This document shows positions 1 to 6,985 of a stretch of 36,148 bases of DNA, piece after piece (position 1 is the stretch's first letter; the number at the start of each line of letters is the position of its first letter). The position numbers were made by a program, and so were the translations under genes. The notes below the pieces were generated by a model. The model did no database searches. It had not been told where the DNA came from and saw nothing but the letters and a program-made list of their open reading frames with translations. Origin of the DNA: Fibrobacterales bacterium (lineage in GTDB: Bacteria > Fibrobacterota > Fibrobacteria > Fibrobacterales > JAOPTW01); the NCBI GenBank assembly GCA_051532055.1, contig JAOPTX010000044.1, positions 98,947-135,094 of the forward strand. Direction: 5' to 3'.

Positions 1-34
1 CTTTTCTGTTGAAATGTCTATCGATCTATTATTC

Positions 35-517
35 TTATTTAATCAATGCCTTTATCTGAATAATGATTTTTTCCTCTTCTTCAACATCATAGCCATTCAT
101 ATGGGCTATGAGCTTGCCGGTAGTATTAAATACCATCAGAGAAGGTACTGCGGTAACTCCAAGTTTTGGTGCAAGAGTGCTTTTTTGGTCAAAGAGTACA
201 GGGTACTCAATGCTATTTTTCTTGATGTATTTCTTAAGTTTCTTTTTCTTAAACTTTTTGTCGGTATTAATACCAAGTATTGCGACCTTATCTGATGAGG
301 AGCTTTTGTATATCTCATTGAGTTTTGGGAAAATATACCGGCAGGTAACACACCATGTAGCCCAAAAATCAAGAACAACAACTTTGCCTTTGTATTCATC
401 AACCGTGTGGGTTATGCCTTCAATATCTGAAAGTGAAAATGAAGGAAGAGTGTACTCTTTTGCCGCCAGAGGAAGGGTAAGAGTGATGATCGTCATAAAA
501 GTGAGTAGCCATTTCAT
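35..517 (-). CDS. TlpA/ResA-like thiol-disulfide oxidoreductase (exported thioredoxin fold)
   Basis: Signal peptide (MKWLLTFMTIITLTLPLAA); KGKVVVLDFWATWCVTC CxxC motif; cis-Pro loop AVP; GGAG SD upstream of the ATG. Confidence 0.92.
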   Translation of the reverse strand: MKWLLTFMTIITLTLPLAAKEYTLPSFSLSDIEGITHTVDEYKGKVVVLDFWATWCVTCRYIFPKLNEIYKSSSSDKVAILGINTDKKFKKKKLKKYIKKNSIEYPVLFDQKSTLAPKLGVTAVPSLMVFNTTGKLIAHMNGYDVEEEEKIIIQIKALIK

Positions 518-547
518 GGATGTCTCCTTTGTGTTGAGTGTGCTGAG

Positions 548-1768
548 TTAAAATGCGTATTGGATTCCAAGGAGGAGATCTGCTTGAGTATAATAATTAG
601 ATACTCCCATGAAGTCATCTATGCCACTATACCAGGTATCTCCAAAAAATTGATAGAGGTCAGGATTGTTTTGTGTACTTCGATAGAGGTAGTTAAAAGT
701 GAAGTTCCATTGTGTAGGTACAAACCAAATATCCTCCCATGAATCGGGAAAACCACCGGCAAGTTTAAAACCAAAGAGGTTGCTAAAGAATGAGTAGTAT
801 CGTATGTCAGCTGAACGATATTTGTCATCGGTGCTGTATTGCGCATAGATAAAATCCATAGAGCCTTGAGTGTAAAATCGGTGTCTCAGTCGTATATAGA
901 GTTCATCAGTGATGTGTTGAAAAAGTTTGGTATCGATAGTGTGTGACTTCATTCCCCAGCTATCATGGTAGTTTCGGTAGTGCACATTTATTGAACCAAG
1001 ATACTCATCAAAGAGTTCGTACCCTTGGATAATATTAGCAGAGAGGGCAATGCCTGTTTTTGCATCAGGTACACGCTCTTCTTTTGAATCGCCGTCTTCA
1101 AGGGTAACAGGGCGATAGGGGTGGCCAAGAAAACCCCAAGAGTCGATATAGTTACCCGAGAGACTAACCATGGTAAAAGGGGTGAGACTTTGTGCAAATG
1201 AAAAACTAAAGGAGCTAATGTTTTTATCTCCCCCAGGGGCAAACCCTTCGCGACTATGATAGGTATCAAAGAATCGACCATAGCTGGTGCTTATAGTGGT
1301 GTTGCGTTGGTTGAAATCTAATGCGACGTTGATACTCGGCGAATAAGAAGTGTAATCTGGTTCATGACTCATATAGAATCCGAGGCCAATGATATCGCCT
1401 TGATTATTTCGACTGACATTAAAACTTTCAGAAAACCGTATTTCTGGTTTAGTAGCACCAGATAGTGCATCAATAGGGCTATCTGGTTCTGATAGGAGTA
1501 AGGTTTTATCGTTAGATACCGTGTTTAATCTATTGTATCCAAGACCTCTACTCGCACCAGTCACTGCATCAATCTCTTGCTCATAAGAGATTGACCATAG
1601 TTCGTCCAGCCATTTCGTGAGAGCAAGAACAGGGGTATAGGCAGTTACCTGGTTTTTATCGGTATAGAAATGATAGCGCAAATTAAGTGAGCTCTCAGAA
1701 CCTGAAGCGAAAAGGGGAGCTACAATGAGGAGGGGAAAGACAAGGAAGATAACGACTTTAACAACCAC
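548..1768 (-). CDS. DUF3570-family putative outer-membrane beta-barrel with two flavinylation-type motifs
   Basis: DAVTGAS and DALSGAT motifs, SHEPDYTS, ERVPD, RNYHDSWG and SADIR segments typical of the family, C-terminal IQYAF. Start moved from 1798 to GTG at 1768, which has GGAGG 5 nt upstream and overlaps the end of the DUF4266 gene. Confidence 0.85.
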   Translation of the reverse strand: MVVKVVIFLVFPLLIVAPLFASGSESSLNLRYHFYTDKNQVTAYTPVLALTKWLDELWSISYEQEIDAVTGASRGLGYNRLNTVSNDKTLLLSEPDSPIDALSGATKPEIRFSESFNVSRNNQGDIIGLGFYMSHEPDYTSYSPSINVALDFNQRNTTISTSYGRFFDTYHSREGFAPGGDKNISSFSFSFAQSLTPFTMVSLSGNYIDSWGFLGHPYRPVTLEDGDSKEERVPDAKTGIALSANIIQGYELFDEYLGSINVHYRNYHDSWGMKSHTIDTKLFQHITDELYIRLRHRFYTQGSMDFIYAQYSTDDKYRSADIRYYSFFSNLFGFKLAGGFPDSWEDIWFVPTQWNFTFNYLYRSTQNNPDLYQFFGDTWYSGIDDFMGVSNYYTQADLLLGIQYAF

Positions 1769-1973
1769 ATCCACCTCCAGCACCCGCAGATCCACCAACT
1801 GAACCTTCTCTTCGAGGAAAGTTATGGCCTTCTAAGGTACTTTCAATAGGGTCTTCAGAGAGTTGCATTACAGGGTCACTCAGATATTCACGGTCCATTT
1901 GAGGAACCATTGCGCAATTGATTATACTTAAAAGTAACAGTACTAATAATAGTATATATGTTGTTCTTACCAT
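1758..1973 (-). CDS. DUF4266-family small lipoprotein
   Basis: Lipoprotein-like signal ending in Cys; REYLSDPVM and the diagnostic C-terminus REGSVGGSAGAGGGCGC. Confidence 0.9.
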   Translation of the reverse strand: MVRTTYILLLVLLLLSIINCAMVPQMDREYLSDPVMQLSEDPIESTLEGHNFPRREGSVGGSAGAGGGCGC

Positions 1974-2551
1974 CGTTCCTTCTTATGACAGGCATTCGTA
2001 GAACAGGTTTTCGTCTTAAAATTATATGTCGCTGGTATACGTTCACCATCTTCTTTCTCTAAATTTGTTTCTGCGAGTTCAACATTAATCGCACCATTTT
2101 TGTGGTAGAGCGTTGTACGGTAATGAGGAACGGAGTCATAGTCAAAAAGATCGGTGAGATATTCTTGGACTTCTGAAAAATCTGTTGATCCTATAAGGTG
2201 TGAGAGATCGGGGTAGAGTATAGAATCAGTTGAAGAATACTCAGTGTTAATTCCGCGAACAGTATGTATGGACAATGCATGGCAGTCAACACAGGTAATG
2301 ATACCATTTGGGTTGTATTTGTCAAAGGTGTTGTCTCTGTCGTCAAGGTGGAGGCGGTGCTCTCCTGTTTTTGGAAGAGCCTTATGGCAGGTATTACAGT
2401 TATTGGTCTCTTGCCACTCATGTGCCACTTCAGTTTTTGAAAGCTTTGCATTGAGTTGATTTGGGTCAGCATCGACGATGGTACAACTGCTCGCGAGAAT
2501 ACCAATGAACAGTGCGATTAAGGCACTTACTTTTAATTGATAGTGTATCAT
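1967..2551 (-). CDS. Multiheme c-type cytochrome lipoprotein (2x CxxCH + 1x CxxxxCH)
   Basis: Lipobox ASSC; CNTCH (2384-2398), CVDCH (2279-2293), CSTNACH (1985-2005); extra His residues (GEHRLH, YHKNG) as candidate distal ligands. Confidence 0.82.
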   Translation of the reverse strand: MIHYQLKVSALIALFIGILASSCTIVDADPNQLNAKLSKTEVAHEWQETNNCNTCHKALPKTGEHRLHLDDRDNTFDKYNPNGIITCVDCHALSIHTVRGINTEYSSTDSILYPDLSHLIGSTDFSEVQEYLTDLFDYDSVPHYRTTLYHKNGAINVELAETNLEKEDGERIPATYNFKTKTCSTNACHKKERW

Positions 2552-3450
2552 AGTGAATATACGATAGAAATATCTTTGAAGTTATCCTCTGACTCCTCAA
2601 TTAAAAATGGATCTCCGTTAAGATCCATTTCAACTGAGTGTATTCTTCCTCTAAATTCATCACCATCTTTATTGTCTTCAGTAAATTCAAAGTATACGGT
2701 ATAGGTACCCGGGGTAACTATCTCTTCATCTCTATTTTTTAGGTCCCAAGAAATTTCACGTTCACGATGATTTCTTGTAGTTGCTCCTGATATTCCGTCA
2801 GGCTCTAAATCACCAAGGCTGTTCATCCAATTAACAAGGTGTTTTTCTTCTTCCTCGCCTCTTGCATTTAACGTTTTAATAAAAGAGCCATCTTCTGTTA
2901 ATACATATACTGCAAAAACAAAACCTTTTCCTTTACCACTCATGGAATATTTTCCATCATAGGTTACTGTTGTATAGTGTATATTAATGGTTCCTGATAG
3001 TTCTGTCGGCTCTTGTGAAGATGAAAGTGGTTCCAATGAAGAACTACTTTCACTTGAGCTGATTTCAGATGATGAACTTCTTTTTTGGACTTTCTGTGAA
3101 GATGATTTCTCTATAGATGATGATGAAATGTTTTTATCATTAATGAGAGAGGATGAAATCTCTTCGCTGCTTATTGAACTGGAACTTGGCTCTTTCCTTT
3201 CATTTGAGCTCGGTTCTTTACTTTCTATTGATTGTGTGTGGTCTTTTTCTCCTTCAGAACTGCTAAACTCTTGCTTTAGTGATGAATCTTCACTTTCACT
3301 ACTTTCCGCTGCTTTAGCGAGTTGCTTCTCCATAGAACTCTCAATATCATCAGATGGAGCTAAAGTATTTCGCTCCGGAATAGTATCTTCAATTGTACAT
3401 GATACAAATGTGACTAAAGCGAGTATAATGCCATAATAAGCTATTTTCAT
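2548..3450 (-). CDS. DUF2271-domain lipoprotein with Ser/Glu-rich linker
   Basis: Lipobox FVSC; long Ser-rich linker; C-terminal domain FAVYVLTEDGSFIKTL...DGISGAT...SWDLKN...PGTYTVYFEFTED. Confidence 0.82.
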   Translation of the reverse strand: MKIAYYGIILALVTFVSCTIEDTIPERNTLAPSDDIESSMEKQLAKAAESSESEDSSLKQEFSSSEGEKDHTQSIESKEPSSNERKEPSSSSISSEEISSSLINDKNISSSSIEKSSSQKVQKRSSSSEISSSESSSSLEPLSSSQEPTELSGTINIHYTTVTYDGKYSMSGKGKGFVFAVYVLTEDGSFIKTLNARGEEEEKHLVNWMNSLGDLEPDGISGATTRNHREREISWDLKNRDEEIVTPGTYTVYFEFTEDNKDGDEFRGRIHSVEMDLNGDPFLIEESEDNFKDISIVYSL

Positions 3451-3593
3451 AGGAATCTCTTAGATATGTGTGTGCCTTGCCCCAGTGGTAATATATATTC
3501 AAGAGGCAAATTCTCATACTACTATATTAGGTTTTTGAGATACTGATAGATTGTTGTTGTGTATAATTCCGCTTATAAATGCTGTTTTTATGC

Positions 3594-4745
3594 TTATAAC
3601 GCCCGAAATATCACCTGAGCCAACTCATCATCAGTCAAAGGAATGGTATTCCCTTTCATAGAACTTGTATTTTTCGAAACAGCTACAATAGAATCGATCT
3701 TACCGGCTGTCACTCCATATTCAGCAAGGCCTTTGATGTTAAGTGATTTATTTAACTGAGTAATAGCACGTACGGAATCCTCAGCTTCAGCCATGGGGTT
3801 GCGGGTCAAGAGGAGGGCGAGTTCTTCATAGCGGTTTTGCTGCTCTTTGGTACCTCGTTCAGTCACTGCTTTTATATTGGCTTGGAGAACATAAGGGAGG
3901 AGGGCGGCGCAAATGGCACCGTGGGGAGCGTTGAACATGCCTCCTATAGGGCCAGCAAATCCATGGACTGCTCCAAGTTTAGCATTGGCCAGCGCAAGTC
4001 CACCCATAAGACTCACATAAGAGAGGTTTGTCCGCGCTTCAATATCCATAGGTTCATTAAATGCCTTAAGAAGTGCTGGACTCGCCTTTGCTATGGCTTC
4101 TCTACAAAGTGTATCAGTAAATTCGTTGCTCATGCAAGAGACAAATGGTTCAATAACTTGTGTGAGGGCATCCATACCCGTATATGCGGTAATGTGAGCG
4201 GGCACTGATGTGGTGAGGTCGGGATCGATCAGAGCGATATCCGGAATCATATCAGAACTACGCATACTCACCTTGATTGCGTGCTCTGGTGAGAAGAGTA
4301 CTGCGTTTTTAGTCACCTCTGCTCCTGTGCCAGACGTTGTGGGAACTGCTATAGTAGGGAGGCTTTTTTGAGAAAAAGGCTGCCCTTTGCCGATGACTTC
4401 AAGGTAATCTAGGACGGCTCCACTGTTCGGTGCCATAATTCCTACGGCTTTTGCGGTATCAATGACACTTCCTCCGCCAATTCCAACAATAAGGTCAGCA
4501 TTACATTCTCGAGCTTGGGTGGTGATTCGGTCAATTATTTCCAGTGAAGGCTCATTTTCAACGGTGCTATAAAACATCTCGATACCTGTTGCAGAGATAC
4601 GATCAAAGAGTTCACTCCATCGTTCAGTAGCACTTCCAATGACAAAGAGGACACGGGATCCAAGGCTTGCTATTCGCGTTGGGAGTTCTTCGCTTTTACC
4701 AGCGCCAAAAATTATGAGCTGCGGGCTTTCAAAGTTAAAGAGCAT
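3594..4745 (-). CDS. Iron-containing alcohol dehydrogenase
   Basis: GIGGGSVIDTAK, PTTSGTGAEVT, GMDALTQ, LGAVHGFA and PHGAIC motifs. Confidence 0.93.
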   Translation of the reverse strand: MLFNFESPQLIIFGAGKSEELPTRIASLGSRVLFVIGSATERWSELFDRISATGIEMFYSTVENEPSLEIIDRITTQARECNADLIVGIGGGSVIDTAKAVGIMAPNSGAVLDYLEVIGKGQPFSQKSLPTIAVPTTSGTGAEVTKNAVLFSPEHAIKVSMRSSDMIPDIALIDPDLTTSVPAHITAYTGMDALTQVIEPFVSCMSNEFTDTLCREAIAKASPALLKAFNEPMDIEARTNLSYVSLMGGLALANAKLGAVHGFAGPIGGMFNAPHGAICAALLPYVLQANIKAVTERGTKEQQNRYEELALLLTRNPMAEAEDSVRAITQLNKSLNIKGLAEYGVTAGKIDSIVAVSKNTSSMKGNTIPLTDDELAQVIFRAL

Positions 4746-5046
4746 AGTCGGTGTCTTTTACGTAGATTGTTTGATAGATATTGTTTTTGCGAGGAGTGTC
4801 CATCATAGGCTCAACGATTTCGCGCCATTTTTTATAATGAGCTGTCTCTTTATGTGCGGCAGGTGCATCGCTATCGCGGTACACTTCAACTAACATAAAC
4901 TTTTGAGGATCTTCAATTTCTTGAATCAGGTCAAATCGTGCAATACCTGGTTCCTTGTTGCTTTGAGATGCATTCTCAATAGTCGCTTCAATAAACTCTT
5001 TAAGATACGATTCTTTTACATGGACATATACATTAACAGTAATCAT
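4735..5046 (-). CDS. Antibiotic biosynthesis monooxygenase (ABM) domain / LsrG-like protein
   Basis: EPGIARFDL...FMLVEVY...AHKETAHYKKW pattern; overlaps the ADH start. Confidence 0.88.
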   Translation of the reverse strand: MITVNVYVHVKESYLKEFIEATIENASQSNKEPGIARFDLIQEIEDPQKFMLVEVYRDSDAPAAHKETAHYKKWREIVEPMMDTPRKNNIYQTIYVKDTDYAL

Positions 5047-5233
5047 AGGGTTCTCCTCTTTGTCTATAATGTAATAAGAGCGCTTTAGTTTCTGTAGTGA
5101 AGAATTCTTGTCGTGCTTAAAAAAATATGATTTTACGTTATTTGGATACTAATGCTCCCTCTGCTAAAGCTAATATAGTGCTCCTTTACTATTATTGTTG
5201 CAAACCAACAATACTCTATACACTGGGAGAATC

Positions 5234-5821
5234 ATGGCTGGACCACGCGATATTCTATTAGACTCATTTTTGCCATCATTACAAGAACGAGCAGAACAAA
5301 AATGTGAGCTCTGTTTTTCCGAGACCGATCTCGCTATTTATGAAGTACCTCCAGTGGTAGATCCGCAAATTGACCGGTGTGTATTATTGTGTAAGACTTG
5401 TTCGAGCCAACTTTCAGGAAGTGATTTAGATACTACTCATTTTTTGTGCCTGAATGAATCAGCCTGGAGTCAAGTTCCTGCGGTTCAGGTTGTTGTATGG
5501 CGACTCCTTAAAAAGCTCACTACGGAATCGTGGGCTCAAGATCTCCTTGATCAGATCTATCTCGAAGAAGAGGTTCAGAAATGGGCAGAAGATAGTGGGG
5601 AAGAGGTTGCAGGCAACGTTGTTGATGCAAATGGCGGTGCGCTTAGTGAAGGAGATACCGTTACAGTCATCAAGGATTTGAATGTGAAAGGGACCTCTTT
5701 TGTTGCAAAACGGGGTACGGTAGTAAAATCAATACACCTTGGTCGTGACCCTGAATTAGTTGAAGGAAAAGTAAATGGGGTTGTAATTTTTCTCAAAACC
5801 TGTTTTCTTAAAAAATCCTAA
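5234..5821 (+). CDS. PhnA-domain protein with N-terminal zinc-ribbon-like Cys pairs
   Basis: CELC...CKTC; C-terminal DANG..L.EGDTVTVIKDLNVKG...KRGTVVK. Start set at ATG 5234 after GGAGA. Confidence 0.88.
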   Translation: MAGPRDILLDSFLPSLQERAEQKCELCFSETDLAIYEVPPVVDPQIDRCVLLCKTCSSQLSGSDLDTTHFLCLNESAWSQVPAVQVVVWRLLKKLTTESWAQDLLDQIYLEEEVQKWAEDSGEEVAGNVVDANGGALSEGDTVTVIKDLNVKGTSFVAKRGTVVKSIHLGRDPELVEGKVNGVVIFLKTCFLKKS

Positions 5822-5951
5822 GTTTCTTTCAAGAGAGTGATGGGGATCACAGTTTGTTATGGCTCATAATAAAAAGTGAGCACTACCATTTTTGTATACT
5901 CTTCTTATAGCTATATTGATATAATCTTCAATCACCTTTTTAAGGATCAAT

Positions 5952-6674
5952 ATGGCCCTCCTACGCATTATGTATGTGTCTTCATTAGTAGTACTATTCA
6001 CTCACTGCGCTAGTAGCATTACCCCCAAAATTTCTTACAATGATCTCGGATCAGTAGAGAAGGTTGTGTATGGGGCAATAACGGGACTCTCATATGCTGA
6101 CCCACGAATAGAACTGCTGTATACTACTAATCTAAAGCCTGAAGGGACAATCTCAGAATGTAATACCTATTACACTCGTAACCCTGAAACTCATAAAATA
6201 GATACACTCTATTTTATTCAAAGAATAACAGGAAACCAACTTTTAATGCGTTCAATAAATTTATATGGCTCTAAAGTAAAAGAGTACAATGAAAATATTT
6301 TATTAAATAAACCACAAGTTATTGATCATATGCCTGGTCCAAAGGAAGAAGTACTGCGGAGTCTTGGATATATGCTTAAAAGGATTCCTGATACTACTAA
6401 AGCGGTTTATATTGGAACCCTTGATGTGAGCAATCTTCATGCACTTGAATCAGAAAGTGAGAATGAAAATGTTGATATTGCTGTTACCGACTCGAAAGTA
6501 CAGGTGGATTCATATTTGCAAAATATATTTATGAACTTCGACTTGTCGATAGCGGAAAACTACACATTAAATGTGATGAAAAATACTTATTCAGTAAAGA
6601 GTGAGGGTGTCATTGGGTCACGGCCAGTTCATGATGAGCTTCTTGACATCATTATGATCAAAAATATGGAATAA
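5952..6674 (+). CDS. Hypothetical lipoprotein
   Basis: 240-aa ORF, AAGGA SD, hydrophobic N-terminus followed by Cys (LFTHC); terminator downstream. Confidence 0.65.
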   Translation: MALLRIMYVSSLVVLFTHCASSITPKISYNDLGSVEKVVYGAITGLSYADPRIELLYTTNLKPEGTISECNTYYTRNPETHKIDTLYFIQRITGNQLLMRSINLYGSKVKEYNENILLNKPQVIDHMPGPKEEVLRSLGYMLKRIPDTTKAVYIGTLDVSNLHALESESENENVDIAVTDSKVQVDSYLQNIFMNFDLSIAENYTLNVMKNTYSVKSEGVIGSRPVHDELLDIIMIKNME

Positions 6675-6714
6675 CCCTCGTTAAGTCCATTTTCACCAAT
6701 ATATCAGAGTAATT

Positions 6715-6749
6715 AAAAAGTCAAATGAGTTCCTCATTTGACTTTTTTT
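6715..6749 (+). terminator. Intrinsic terminator (potentially bidirectional)
   Basis: AAAAAGTCAAATGAG-TTC-CTCATTTGACTTTTT perfect hairpin with T tract, 40 nt after the stop at 6674. Confidence 0.85.
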
Positions 6750-6985
6750 ATGAACTAAATGTAAACATTTCAGGGGGGGAGGAATGTAAACTAATGGGTT
6801 ATGCATTTTTCCACACCTCAATTCTTTCTATTCTTAGAGAGCCATAACTGCTCACACACACAGGCAGTTAAATGTGCACAGGGGAAAATAACTGATCGAC
6901 ATTGATATAACACATCATGTATATACCTAAAGACAAAAGGTATGTACTGGCATAAGTGGATCTACATAATTTGAGGGGAACATCC

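Noticed and set aside
14..551. Plus-strand ORFs 14-295 and 108-551
   Set aside because: Antisense shadows of the TlpA gene with no motifs.
2987..3436. 149-aa plus-strand ORF
   Set aside because: Antisense artefact of the low-complexity Ser/Glu linker.
6841..6960. Hairpins in the adhesin leader considered as a c-di-GMP-I riboswitch
   Set aside because: Short stems exist (TAACTGC/GCAGTTA; GTATATACCT/AGGTATGTAC), but the GGCAAAC...GAAA...GACGCAAAG consensus is absent.
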